The notes: generated from the letters alone by a model not told the origin. Numbered from the stretch's first letter, positions 32,934 to 43,136 are shown. The stretch is 64,000 bases of DNA from Actinomycetes bacterium (GCA_023432405.1 JAEYUQ010000010.1:39775-103774), one strand, 5' to 3'. Numbers and translations are program-made.

Positions 32934-34247
32934 CTACTCTGCCCCACACGCTATGCGCAATTTCCCCACTAGGGCATCAAACGCAATCACCGGCGCCACG
33001 TTCTGCGCAAATGCCTCCCGGCACACAGCAATAGCATCTAGGCAGTCCAGCAGCCCTTGCACTGACACTCTCTGCGCCAGGTGCCCTGAGAGAGGTTCAA
33101 AATCAGGGTGTACCAACTGGACCTGAGCTCCGACGGAAATCATCAACGCATCTCGATACAATCCCGCCAAATCCATCAATTCGAGATCAAAAATGTCTCT
33201 CATCCGGCGTGTCGCCTGGCGCTTTTGACGTTTTTCCAAATCGTTGAGCTGCGTAGCTGTTCCTCGCAAGGCTTTTGCAGTTCCTCGCCCTTTTGACCCC
33301 ACTCCCAGCGCAATCTCTAGCTTTCTGCGTTCCTCGGCGTCAGCTTCAGCGTATGATTCCTCCGCCTCCGCCTTAGCTGCAGCAACTAGCCCTCCAACAG
33401 CCCGAAATGCCTCGTGACCTTGAAAAATAGACTCACCCAATCCTAGGATTTGTGCCCGTCGTTGCTGTGCCTGCTGGGAGTTAATCAGTCGGCGAGCACG
33501 CCCAACGTGCATCCAGGAGGTTGTCGCGGCAAGAGCGGCGTCGTTCTGGGAAGCCCCTTCGGCTACAAGGAGGCGCGTGACTTCTGCGGCCGAGGGCGTC
33601 GGCACGTAAACATGACGGCACCTGGATCGCAGAGTTACAGAAAAATCTGCTGGATCTGTACTGGGGGCGCAAAGAATAATGACAGTGTGCTCCGGCGGCT
33701 CCTCCACAGTCTTGAGCAGAGCATTTGACGCCTGCTCGTTGAGCCTGTCAGCATCCTCCACAATAATCACGCGCCAATGCCCCACTGTGGGCATGGTGGC
33801 CGCCGTATCCACAATTTCCCGCACCTGCCCTACGGAAATAATGAGTTCCTCCGGAACGATGTGAATCACATCGGTGTGCGAATCATTGAACACTGCCCGG
33901 CACGCGTCACATTTCCCGCACCCGGGGTGCTGAGAATTTGTGCACTCCAGCGCTGCCGCCAAACTCAGTGCCGCGATAGATCGCCCTGACCCCGGAGGGC
34001 CTGTGAACAGCCATGCGTGTGTCATCGCCGTAGAATTGTGCGTTTTTTCCTTGGCGACGCCCGCCTCGGTGGGGAAATTTTCCCCACCGTCACCGCCACT
34101 ACCTGTCGTGGCAACCCCCTCATACGCCTCTCCACCAATACCGGAAACACCCTCAGCAATTTCCCCACCCGCAGCAAACGCAGCCTCCATAATGGAAGAC
34201 AGCACCTGCGGTACACCCCGGAGACGCTCCTCAACAGACATCATCAC
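32934..34247 (-). CDS. holB: DNA polymerase III subunit delta'
   Basis: HAWLFTGPPGSGRS, C..GCGKCDAC zinc motif, NALLKTVEEPP and TLRSRC. Confidence 0.94.
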   Translation of the reverse strand: MMMSVEERLRGVPQVLSSIMEAAFAAGGEIAEGVSGIGGEAYEGVATTGSGGDGGENFPTEAGVAKEKTHNSTAMTHAWLFTGPPGSGRSIAALSLAAALECTNSQHPGCGKCDACRAVFNDSHTDVIHIVPEELIISVGQVREIVDTAATMPTVGHWRVIIVEDADRLNEQASNALLKTVEEPPEHTVIILCAPSTDPADFSVTLRSRCRHVYVPTPSAAEVTRLLVAEGASQNDAALAATTSWMHVGRARRLINSQQAQQRRAQILGLGESIFQGHEAFRAVGGLVAAAKAEAEESYAEADAEERRKLEIALGVGSKGRGTAKALRGTATQLNDLEKRQKRQATRRMRDIFDLELMDLAGLYRDALMISVGAQVQLVHPDFEPLSGHLAQRVSVQGLLDCLDAIAVCREAFAQNVAPVIAFDALVGKLRIACGAE

Positions 34248-34283
34248 GCTGAACAGCCTAGCCGTGTCATTAGAGTAAAGAGC

Positions 34284-35789
34284 ATGACTCGAGAAGTGAC
34301 CGGAAATACTTACCGGCTTGTGTATATCCTCGGCGTGTTGGGAATCAACATCACTGCGGCTATAGCAATCCCGTTTTTCCTGCGCTTTCTAACTCCCATG
34401 CCAGAAACTGCGGAGTTTTTCCACCACTATCCTCACATCGTTTTGTACTCGGGTCTCATAACTATTCTCGGTATCGCCGTCGGCGCCTCAATCATGTTTG
34501 TCTTGATGCGCCCCGTTCGCCTCTGGTGGGGAAATCCAGATGGGCAGGATCAATACCACGTCCAGCGTCTCGTGGTTCGCATACCTGTTTATCAGACTGC
34601 TATCTGCGCAGTGGTGTGGATCATCATCATGTGTTTGACTACGCTCCTGGCCACCACAATTTCTGCCACCCTCACTCTCATCATTTTCTCCACTATGGCG
34701 CTCACCGCCCTAGAGGCTATTCTCCTGACCTATCTTCTTGCGGAACGTGCGGTTCGTCCGCTGGCGGCTCTTGCTCTGGAACGAAGCTTTACCCCTGGAA
34801 AGCTCCAGGGGTCCATCAAATCTAGACTCCGCATCTTTTGGACTGTCACCAGTGCAATACCTCTCGCGGGGATCATTCTGTTACTTCTGAGCCACGCCTT
34901 TGGCATTATCCCCACTGTGTTACCGGCTATCACTGCGCTGGCTGTCCTTGCGATCCTGACGGGTTTTCTTACCATTTCCCGGCTGACGCAGAGCATGGTG
35001 GAGCCTATTTCCGAGCTGCGGAAGGGGATTGAACGCGTCCGCCAGGGTAATTTGGGGGATCCTGTCAATGTGTACGACGGCACGGAAATCGGTGTCCTCC
35101 AGGTTGGGTATAACGCTCTGCTCAGTCAGCTGCGTGAACGTCTGCGTTTTCGCGATATTTTCAACAAATATGTTGGCACTCAGGTAGCTGAGCACGCTCT
35201 GCGCAAGGATGACCCCACTTTGGGTGGGGAGGAGCTAAAGGTTGCAGCGCTCTTCGTGGACGTTATTAGTTCCACTACTTTCGTGAAACAGCATTCCCCC
35301 ACCGAGGCGGTGGCCGAGCTCAACAGGTTCTTTGCCGCTGTCGTAGAGGTCATTCACAGACATCACGGCATCATTAACAAGTTCCAGGGCGACGCCGTTC
35401 TAGCCGTGTTCGGAGCGCCGTCGCCACTGGAAGACGCCACCACCCACGCTCTCGCGGCGGCTCGTGAACTTCACGAAGAGATAGATTCTTTCCCTCTCCA
35501 GGCGGGTATTGGGGTGTGTACCGGCCCGGTGGTTGCGGGGAATATCGGAAGTTCTGATCGCTTCGAGTACACCATCATTGGGGACGCTGTTAATTCTGCG
35601 GCGCGTTTGACGGAGCTGGCCAAGAAAACTCCATCGGGAGTGCTCACTAATGTCAGTACCCTTAACGACGCCACACTCCAAGAGCAAAGCAACTGGACCT
35701 TGATGACGTCTGTGGAACTGCGTGGGCGCCAGGAGATGACACAATTGGCGCGACCAACCCGCTCAACTCTGGCGGAGCAAGCCGATTAG
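34284..35789 (+). CDS. cya: Membrane class III adenylate cyclase (TM-HAMP-cyclase)
   Basis: Six TM segments, HAMP, LFVDV, KFQGDA and YTIIGDAVNSAARL; ATG at 34284. Confidence 0.92.
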   Translation: MTREVTGNTYRLVYILGVLGINITAAIAIPFFLRFLTPMPETAEFFHHYPHIVLYSGLITILGIAVGASIMFVLMRPVRLWWGNPDGQDQYHVQRLVVRIPVYQTAICAVVWIIIMCLTTLLATTISATLTLIIFSTMALTALEAILLTYLLAERAVRPLAALALERSFTPGKLQGSIKSRLRIFWTVTSAIPLAGIILLLLSHAFGIIPTVLPAITALAVLAILTGFLTISRLTQSMVEPISELRKGIERVRQGNLGDPVNVYDGTEIGVLQVGYNALLSQLRERLRFRDIFNKYVGTQVAEHALRKDDPTLGGEELKVAALFVDVISSTTFVKQHSPTEAVAELNRFFAAVVEVIHRHHGIINKFQGDAVLAVFGAPSPLEDATTHALAAARELHEEIDSFPLQAGIGVCTGPVVAGNIGSSDRFEYTIIGDAVNSAARLTELAKKTPSGVLTNVSTLNDATLQEQSNWTLMTSVELRGRQEMTQLARPTRSTLAEQAD

Positions 35790-35817
35790 TGGGGAATTTT
35801 GCCCAGTTTCCCCACTA
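35787..35817 (+). terminator. Hairpin built from two inverted copies of the dispersed motif at the cya stop
   Basis: TAGTGGGGAA ... TTCCCCACTA, 10 bp arms starting at the TAG. Confidence 0.6.
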
Positions 35818-35919
35818 GCGATTGAATAATTATCCCACGGTCCTATAATGACATTCACAGCTTTCTTAGAAAACATTAAGAAGGCTTGTCTATCCCCTGT
35901 GCTCAAAGGAGACATAATC

Positions 35920-36198
35920 ATGAAGCTTTCTCAGAAGATGGTTGCCGCTGCGGTTGCTGCTTCGGCCGCTTTCGTTGTCGTTGCCCCTGCTAACGCCGAA
36001 GACGTTACCACCGAACCCACCACCACCCAGACCGCTGTTGATAAGCAGAAGGCTCAGGCTGAACTGACCTCTCAGCAACTGGACAACGCCAAGAAGGGCG
36101 TGGAGACCGCTAATGGCATCCTGGACGGCTTGGGCAAGATCAGCGATCTCCTGGGCTTCAATGCTTCCGCAACTGCCGAAGCTGAGGCAGATTGCTAG
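35920..36198 (+). CDS. Small secreted protein (92 aa)
   Basis: AAGGAG RBS; Sec signal MKLSQKMVAAAVAASAAFVVVAPANA-; own terminator. Confidence 0.82.
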   Translation: MKLSQKMVAAAVAASAAFVVVAPANAEDVTTEPTTTQTAVDKQKAQAELTSQQLDNAKKGVETANGILDGLGKISDLLGFNASATAEAEADC

Positions 36199-36233
36199 GC
36201 ATAACCGCCTAGAACATCGCGGATAAGAACCGC

Positions 36234-36270
36234 AACCCGAAGAATCCTTGTGTTTCTTCGGGTTTTTCTT
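36234..36270 (+). terminator. Intrinsic terminator
   Basis: AACCCGAAGAA / TTCTTCGGGTT stem followed by a T-rich tail. Confidence 0.8.
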
Positions 36271-36369
36271 GTGTTTTCCCCTTGCCGACGCCGCTCTTCT
36301 CTTCTGAAGCTCCTCCCCTTCCGAGGCTTTCTGGCACTAGCTCCTCACGGAGCCTCCCCCTGCCCTAGT

Positions 36370-37185
36370 TCATAGGTGGCGCCGCAGCAATCCATCGTTG
36401 ATGAGCAGGTCACCAACCCCCACCATGAGTCGAGCCACCCCTCTGGCCAATGTAGATACCGTTCCCTCTCGTGGAGTTCCCCCACTGAGAACTCTTGCCG
36501 CAAGCCCCAAGTTTGCCCCGTGACTAATTCCCCACCCGGGGCCTCCTCCACCCGCCAAAACAGGATTATTCCCAAGGGCTACAGTGGCACCAGCATTGAT
36601 CCCCGCCAGTACGCCTTTCCAAGAGTGATCTCGAACAATACTTGCAGTGGCTCCTAGAAGACCCACTGCAAGTCCCACCCGTGTGGGGCGAGCTCCTTCA
36701 AGCCACAAGGCAGGCGCCCACACTCTCCCAAGTGCTCCCAGAGCGGTGGCACCTTGAAGGCGTGTGCTGTTTTTGCTTCGTAGTAAGGGGCCCAGCAGAA
36801 ACGGTCTGCGGAACCAGCGTGTCCACAGGAGAGCCAGATAAATCGCGCGTTCAGGCTCTCGACGTGCAGCACGGACGTCGATAAGGAGTGCTTGAGTGCC
36901 TTGAGAGGTCATAGTGAGGAATGTCCTCAGGCCGCTCCCGACTCCGACGCCTCGGCGCCTTTTCTGCTCATAATTCCCCACCCGGGCTTCTTCTGCCACT
37001 TCCACCGCCTCTGCTTCTTCTTGTCTGTTTTCTCCTTCGGATGGCCCCAAGGAAGCTCCCGCAAGGTCACGAGAGTTATAGGGAGCTCCCGCAAGGTCAC
37101 GAGAGTTACCGAAAGCTACCTCTACCTCTTCGTGTTCTTCGTGGCGTTTCTCTCGGGTGGTTTCTTTTCCCCACCCGGGAGCCAC
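36370..37185 (-). CDS. Hypothetical protein with acidic N-terminus and hydrophobic Gly-rich C-terminus
   Basis: 271 aa ORF directly downstream of topA; no family recognised. Confidence 0.5.
   Translation of the reverse strand: MAPGWGKETTREKRHEEHEEVEVAFGNSRDLAGAPYNSRDLAGASLGPSEGENRQEEAEAVEVAEEARVGNYEQKRRRGVGVGSGLRTFLTMTSQGTQALLIDVRAARREPERAIYLALLWTRWFRRPFLLGPLLRSKNSTRLQGATALGALGRVWAPALWLEGARPTRVGLAVGLLGATASIVRDHSWKGVLAGINAGATVALGNNPVLAGGGGPGWGISHGANLGLAARVLSGGTPREGTVSTLARGVARLMVGVGDLLINDGLLRRHL
37051..37108. repeat. 30 bp tandem duplication
   Basis: GG(A/G)AGCTCCCGCAAGGTCACGAGAGTTA twice, encoding NSRDLAGA twice. Confidence 0.9.
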
Positions 37186-37212
37186 TCTTTAGCTTCTGCC
37201 CCCTACTCTCCC

Positions 37213-40050
37213 CTACTTCTTCCTCGCCGTTTTCCCCACAGACTTGCGGCTGCTCTTCGTACCACCACGCTTGGCAGCCTTTCCCCGGGTGGGGGATTTT
37301 TCAGCATCCTTCGCACGGCGCTCAGAGAGCAATTCGCACGCCCGCGCGTCTGTCATGGTCTCTGGGGTATCTCCTCGTCGCAGCGAGGCATTCGTTTCCC
37401 CATCGGTAACGTAGGGACCAAATCGCCCATCTTTAATCACCATTGGTTTCCCAGAGACGTCATTGGCGCCCAGAGTTCTCAGTGGGGCTTTTGCTGCCGC
37501 CCTACCTCTGCGCTTGGGCTCCGCGTACATCGCGCGGGCGTCGTCCAGGGTAATGGTGAAAATCTGCTCCTCGTTAGCCAAGGATCGCGAGTCAGACCCT
37601 TTCTTCAAATAGGGGCCGTAGCGGCCATTTTGCGCTGTAATCACCTCTCCGTCGGAGGGATCAACCCCCACTGTGCGGGGCAGTGACAGGAGTTTCAGCG
37701 CATCGTCCAGAGTCACCGTGGCAGGTTCCATACTGGAGAACAGTGAGGCCGTCCCCGGTTTCAGAGTCTCCTCAATGTACTGGTTAATCCGCTTTTCTTT
37801 CTGCTGCTGAGCAGTCTTTGTCTCCCAATTCTTAGGACGCTTGCCTTGCTCCGCGCGCTGCTTGTCTTCGTCCTCTCGCTCCCGCGCCACAACTTTCTGC
37901 GCCTCAGCCGCCGCCTTGTCGCGCTCCTCCTCGGCCACCAGCTCCATCACATAGGGGCCAAAACGCCCCTCCTTCACCACAATCATCCGCCCGGTGGCAG
38001 GATTAATCCCCAGCTCACGGCCGGATTGCGGAGTAGCGAAAAGCTTTTCTGCCACCTCCACGGTGAGCTCATCTGGAGTGGTAGATTCAGGAAGGTTTGC
38101 CCGCTGGAAGATGGGTTCCCCTGCGTCATCCTTATCGACGACCCGCTCAATATACGGCCCATAAAGCCCCACCCGGACAGAAACCGGATGCCCTTCGGCG
38201 TCGTCAAAAATGGTGAGGGAGTTGACCTGCCGAGCATCAATTCCCTCCAGATTTGTGCTCACCAGCTCTTTGAGCCCGCCTTGCCTGGCAACGGTCTCGG
38301 CAATGGTCTCGGGGGCATCAGAGTTTCCGAAGTAGAAGGACGTCAGCCAATGGGTTCGGTCCTCCTCACCTCGTGCGATGTCGTCCAGTTTCTCCTCCAT
38401 AGAGGAGGTGAAGTCATAGTCCACCAGGGAACCGAAGTTTTGCTCCAAAAGCCCCACTACAGCAAAGGCCACCCAACTAGGCACCAGCGCATTTCCACGC
38501 ACCACCACATATCCGCGGTCTTGAATGGTGCGGATAATAGAGGCATAGGTGGACGGGCGCCCAATACCTAATTCCTCCATTTTCTTCACCAGGCTGGCTT
38601 CCGTGTAGCGTGCTGGCGGGGTAGTGGTGTGCCCATCGGCGGTAATCTTCACCACCTCCACGTCATCCCCCTGCGCCAGCTGAGGAAGGTGACGGTCCCC
38701 GGAATCTCCGTCAGAGTACGCAGAGAGGAATCCGGGGAAGGTGAGGGTGCGCCCAGTGGCGGAAAACTCCACATTTTCCCCACTATGGGTGCGGCCTTTC
38801 AAGATCACCTTCATGGAGGTTCCCTTGGCGTCAGCCATCTGGGAGGCCACGGTGCGCTGCCAAATCAGCTCGTAGAGCCTGAACTCCTCAGCGTCCAGCA
38901 CTGAGCGCAAGTCGCGCGGCGTCGCAAAGGAATCTCCTGCCGGGCGAATGGCCTCGTGAGCTTCCTGGGAGTTCTTCACCTTGCGGTCATAAATGCGCGG
39001 AGATGGTGCCACAAACTGCGCCCCGTACAACTCGGCGGCTTGGCGACGCGCCGCCGCTATCCCATCAGCCGACAGAGAGGTGGAATCTGTACGCATATAG
39101 GTAATGTGACCGTTTTCGTAGAGTCGCTGCGCAATGCGCATGGTGCGCTCGGAGGTGTAGTGCAGCTTTCTACCTGCCTCTTGCTGCAGGGTGGAGGTCA
39201 TGAACGGCGGATACGGCTTGCGCGTGTAGGGCTTTTCGGTGACCTCGGATACCTGCATGGTGGTGTTCACCAAACCGTCTCGCAGTTCCTCTGCCTTTTC
39301 CTTATCGACGACCACCGCATCACCGCGCAGCACGCCTTGGTCATTGAAGTCCTTGCCCTGCGCAATGCGGCGTCCGGCGACGGTGAATAGCTTGGCGTCG
39401 AAAGGGGTTCCTTTACTTACCGTGGCTGTGAGATCCCAGTAGCTTGCGGCCGTAAAAGCCATACGCTCTCGCTCGCGCTCCACAATTACGCGAGTGGCCA
39501 CCGACTGCACGCGACCAGCGGAAAGACGTGGTTTTACTTTCTTCCACAACACGGGTGAGATTTCGTAACCGTAGAGGCGGTCTAGGATACGGCGCGTCTC
39601 CTGAGCGTCTACAAGGTTAATATCCAGTTCACGGGTGTTGTGAGCGGCTTCTTTGATGGCGGATTCAGTAATCTCGTGGAACACCATCCGGCGAACTGGA
39701 ATTGTGGGTTTGAGCACTTCCAAGAGGTGCCAGGCGATAGCTTCACCCTCGCGATCGGGGTCTGTGGCCAGGTACAGCTCATCTACTTCTTTGAGCTTCT
39801 TTTTGAGGTCTGCAACTTTTTTCTTCTTTTCTGCACTGACCACATAGATGGGTTCAAACTCGTGATCAATGTTCACCCCCAGCCTGGCCCAGGGCTCTTT
39901 CTTGTATTTTGCGGGGATGTCAGCAGCACCGCGCGGCAAGTCACGAATATGGCCGATGGACGCCTCGACGATGTAATCCTTGCCCAAAAACTTTTGGATT
40001 TTCTTCGCTTTAGTAGTTGACTCCACGATGACTAGTCGCTTCGTAGCCAC
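37213..40050 (-). CDS. topA: DNA topoisomerase I
   Basis: LVIVES, ATDPDREGE, SAGRVQS, ITYMRTD and actinobacterial GRFGPY C-terminal repeats. Confidence 0.97.
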   Translation of the reverse strand: MATKRLVIVESTTKAKKIQKFLGKDYIVEASIGHIRDLPRGAADIPAKYKKEPWARLGVNIDHEFEPIYVVSAEKKKKVADLKKKLKEVDELYLATDPDREGEAIAWHLLEVLKPTIPVRRMVFHEITESAIKEAAHNTRELDINLVDAQETRRILDRLYGYEISPVLWKKVKPRLSAGRVQSVATRVIVERERERMAFTAASYWDLTATVSKGTPFDAKLFTVAGRRIAQGKDFNDQGVLRGDAVVVDKEKAEELRDGLVNTTMQVSEVTEKPYTRKPYPPFMTSTLQQEAGRKLHYTSERTMRIAQRLYENGHITYMRTDSTSLSADGIAAARRQAAELYGAQFVAPSPRIYDRKVKNSQEAHEAIRPAGDSFATPRDLRSVLDAEEFRLYELIWQRTVASQMADAKGTSMKVILKGRTHSGENVEFSATGRTLTFPGFLSAYSDGDSGDRHLPQLAQGDDVEVVKITADGHTTTPPARYTEASLVKKMEELGIGRPSTYASIIRTIQDRGYVVVRGNALVPSWVAFAVVGLLEQNFGSLVDYDFTSSMEEKLDDIARGEEDRTHWLTSFYFGNSDAPETIAETVARQGGLKELVSTNLEGIDARQVNSLTIFDDAEGHPVSVRVGLYGPYIERVVDKDDAGEPIFQRANLPESTTPDELTVEVAEKLFATPQSGRELGINPATGRMIVVKEGRFGPYVMELVAEEERDKAAAEAQKVVAREREDEDKQRAEQGKRPKNWETKTAQQQKEKRINQYIEETLKPGTASLFSSMEPATVTLDDALKLLSLPRTVGVDPSDGEVITAQNGRYGPYLKKGSDSRSLANEEQIFTITLDDARAMYAEPKRRGRAAAKAPLRTLGANDVSGKPMVIKDGRFGPYVTDGETNASLRRGDTPETMTDARACELLSERRAKDAEKSPTRGKAAKRGGTKSSRKSVGKTARKK

Positions 40051-40280
40051 TGAGTAGCCCCTTTCACGCCGTGTGCTGAACCTAGACCTGAATCAGCTGA
40101 ATGTAGCCCAACCTAGTCGAACTTAGCGGAAGCCTTGCTAAGACGCGACACAGCCCTCACCTTCTTCCCCTCGAAGTGGTAGTGATCTCAGCCAAGCTAC
40201 GCAAGCCTTATGTGAGGTTTCCTGAACGGATGTCACCCCCGGCGCACCTGTTTTTCCCCACTTGGTGTGGCTATCAATGA

Positions 40281-40314
40281 TAGGCCACCTCTGATGAGAG
40301 ACAGAGGTGGCCTA
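40281..40314 (-). terminator. 13 bp inverted repeat downstream of nagIKL
   Basis: TAGGCCACCTCTG-N8-CAGAGGTGGCCTA. Confidence 0.65.
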
Positions 40315-40332
40315 GGAAAACTACCTAACCCC

Positions 40333-41058
40333 TCACAACCAGCGGGGTGGTTCCGGCACAGTTCCGGTGGATGCCGTGACGCCCTGGGATCCACGACCTG
40401 TAGCCCATCGAACCAAACCTGCAGTATTTCCACGAACCTCAAAGGATGGTTCTGCGCTTCCAACTACTAGTTCGTCGTTGTTTTCAGTGTTTGCCACAAC
40501 AAAACTGCGATCTGTGGCAGAGGCGTTCCATTTAGCAACAATCTCCGGCAGCAAAGTTGACAGAATCACCCTGGGAATATCGGTGAAACGCCCGGACTGG
40601 TTGAGGTCTATGGCGTGAATCCAGACCTCTCTGCTGCGCATCCAGAGAGTTTCCGAGGCTGGGACTGTCCGCCCCTGAGCTGTCTTAACCTCTGCCTCCC
40701 AGGCGTAGTCGGGAGCGTCTCTCCATGCCACATCCAGCCGCACAAGGGTGTGGTCATGTAGGTTGCGAATTGCACCAGGGGGAAGCGTCGCACCAAATTC
40801 GATCTCTTCCCCACGAGCTTCCGGAGAATCGTACATGGGCTTCTCTTTCCCCGTCGACGCCCATTCCATGAGGTTGCATAACGCGGCAGCGTTGTAGGCC
40901 ACATGGGCCGAGAGGTGTGCAATATCCCACTCTGAGAGGAGAGTGGGCTCATGGAATTGCGTATTCTTCAGGGTTGCCAGTTGTCCGGAATAGTACGCGG
41001 TTCCTCGGCGGACAAGACTTAGGCGTTCCTGAAGGGGGAGCTCATGGAAAGAGATCAT
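40333..41058 (-). CDS. nagL: Mycothiol-dependent maleylpyruvate isomerase
   Basis: [14 protein letters not shown] and [10 protein letters not shown] metal-binding His; ends PRWL; gentisate cluster context. Confidence 0.9.
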   Translation of the reverse strand: MISFHELPLQERLSLVRRGTAYYSGQLATLKNTQFHEPTLLSEWDIAHLSAHVAYNAAALCNLMEWASTGKEKPMYDSPEARGEEIEFGATLPPGAIRNLHDHTLVRLDVAWRDAPDYAWEAEVKTAQGRTVPASETLWMRSREVWIHAIDLNQSGRFTDIPRVILSTLLPEIVAKWNASATDRSFVVANTENNDELVVGSAEPSFEVRGNTAGLVRWATGRGSQGVTASTGTVPEPPRWL

Positions 41059-41885
41059 TTCTCAAACACCGTTTTATTTTCGATATGCCCTAAACCTTCA
41101 ATCTCCACCCTCACTACTTCACCGTCACCGATGTAGCGCTTGGGGTTCCTCGCATGGCCGACGCCCCCTGGGGTGCCAGTGGCAATAACATCGCCAGCGT
41201 CCAGCGGATAGAGGTGGGAGATGTACTCAATAAGTTGTGCAGGGGTAAATACCAGGTCATCTGTCGGTGTGGATTGAACCTTGTCACCGTCCAGATACGT
41301 GGCCAGTTCCCCACCGAACTCGTAGGAGTCCTGAGTTGTCATCCAAGGGCCGAAACCTGCTGACTTTTCCAGCGATTTACCTTGATGCCATTGCAGGGTT
41401 CGGTACTGGTAGTCACGCAAGGTGTAGTCATTTATGACGGCATATCCTGCGATGTACTTATCCGCGTCCGACGCCGCAACCCGATGGGCTCGCTTGCCGA
41501 TAATAACGGCCAGCTCCCCTTCCCAGTCCAGCGCACCGGAGGCGTAATCCGGAACACGAACGTCGTCGTAAGGGCCAGTAAGCGCATCGGGGAACTTAAC
41601 AAAAAGGGTGGGGTGAACTGGTAGTTCTCTTCCCATCTCCCTAATGTGGTTAGCGTAGTTGAGCCCCACGCAGACAATCTTTTTGGGTGCGGGAACTACT
41701 GCCTCCAAGTCCGCGTCCCGGAAAGTGAATCCTTCACCAGAGGCGTTCTGTGCAATCTCAAACCAGTTTTCATTCTGGAGCAATTCGCCTACGTTGGCGT
41801 AGCCGTCTATGACGACGGCGGTGGAGTCGCTGTCTATGCGAGCAGCCACAGTAGAGCCGGAGGTGCGAATAGTTGCAATACGCAT
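41055..41885 (-). CDS. nagK: Fumarylpyruvate hydrolase (FAH family)
   Basis: [15 protein letters not shown] and TGTPGGVG. Confidence 0.9.
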   Translation of the reverse strand: MRIATIRTSGSTVAARIDSDSTAVVIDGYANVGELLQNENWFEIAQNASGEGFTFRDADLEAVVPAPKKIVCVGLNYANHIREMGRELPVHPTLFVKFPDALTGPYDDVRVPDYASGALDWEGELAVIIGKRAHRVAASDADKYIAGYAVINDYTLRDYQYRTLQWHQGKSLEKSAGFGPWMTTQDSYEFGGELATYLDGDKVQSTPTDDLVFTPAQLIEYISHLYPLDAGDVIATGTPGGVGHARNPKRYIGDGEVVRVEIEGLGHIENKTVFEK

Positions 41886-41887
41886 TA

Positions 41888-43006
41888 TTAGATGCCTTTC
41901 GGTGTATAGACCCGGGCCAGGTCAAGTTTTTCAAAAATCGGGAAATCGGAGAAGCAGAAAAGATCCAATCCATCATCTCCAGCGTTCACCGACCACGGTT
42001 GCCACGAAGGGATATTAACAACGTCCCCTTTTTCAACCTCAAAGGAGCGATCAGCAACAGTAATCTGGCCGCTGCCCTGAAAAACTTGAAACACTCTGTT
42101 TCCAACCTCATGCGTGAGGTCAGTCCCTGCCTGGGGCCGGAACCTGTGGAATTCACACCGGATGGTGGACATAACGTCACCGCCAGTGGTGGGGTTGGTG
42201 TAGCGAATTGCTGCGTGGCCTGGTCCCACAACACCTGGGAAACCTGCGTCTTCAAGAGCCAGTTGATCATTGAGAGCTGCATCCGTGTGCTCCCAGGAGT
42301 ACCGACCAATCGGAGACGCGGATTGTTCCCCAGGGAATGCCAAGGGACGTAACCCTGGGTGAGACCACAGACGTTCAGACCGGGACAAATCTGGAGTTGA
42401 TTCATCCGTGAGAATCTCTGATCCGTATTCAAAGAAGCTCGTATCCATACTTTGCTGGAAGGGAATATCCAGTCCATCCAGCCAGGCCATAGGTTTGGTT
42501 GCAACATTGTGATGTCCGTGGAAATTCCAACCAGGAGTAAGCAAGAGATCCCCACGACGCATAGGCACAGCGTCACCATTAACAACGGTCCACACACCCT
42601 CGCCCTCAATCACAAAGCGGAAGGCATTTTGTGAGTGCCTGTGCTCCGGCGCGTTTTCTCCTGGAGCGAGATACTGAATAGCCGCCCAGAGAGTTGGCGC
42701 AATGTAGGCATTGCCGCCAAGACCAGGATTAGCTAAACCGATAGCACGACGCTCCCCACCTCGACCTACGGGAACCAATTCACCACAGCGTTGTGCCACT
42801 GTGATGAGGTCTGCCCAGACCCACTTGTGGGCAACTGCAGTTGGGGCAGGCACATTCGGCATAAGGGTATCAATTTGACGCCAGAGAGGCTTTAAGTGCG
42901 CCTCGTCCATTGCCTCATACATGGCGTTGAGCTCTACTTCTTCTTCTACAGTGAGCTCCGGTGGAGTGAACGGCACGTGTGTGTTCGAGTACTCGCTCCC
43001 TTTCAT
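41888..43006 (-). CDS. nagI: Gentisate 1,2-dioxygenase
   Basis: Bicupin with [22 protein letters not shown] and WLDGLDIP. Confidence 0.93.
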   Translation of the reverse strand: MKGSEYSNTHVPFTPPELTVEEEVELNAMYEAMDEAHLKPLWRQIDTLMPNVPAPTAVAHKWVWADLITVAQRCGELVPVGRGGERRAIGLANPGLGGNAYIAPTLWAAIQYLAPGENAPEHRHSQNAFRFVIEGEGVWTVVNGDAVPMRRGDLLLTPGWNFHGHHNVATKPMAWLDGLDIPFQQSMDTSFFEYGSEILTDESTPDLSRSERLWSHPGLRPLAFPGEQSASPIGRYSWEHTDAALNDQLALEDAGFPGVVGPGHAAIRYTNPTTGGDVMSTIRCEFHRFRPQAGTDLTHEVGNRVFQVFQGSGQITVADRSFEVEKGDVVNIPSWQPWSVNAGDDGLDLFCFSDFPIFEKLDLARVYTPKGI

Positions 43007-43086
43007 GGTTCCTCCCAGAAAGATATAAGGGTGTTGGTCACAAAGTGATGACCAACATAAAGGGTGGAGGAACCCTGCTCAATAAA

Positions 43087-43103
43087 ATTCCGTATAGCGG
43101 AAT
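43087..43103. promoter_or_regulatory. GenR operator upstream of nagI
   Basis: ATTCC-GTATAGC-GGAAT matches ATTCC-N7-GGAAT. Confidence 0.75.
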
Positions 43104-43136
43104 TCTGTTAGCGGTACGGGGGTAGTGCTTCAGGTT

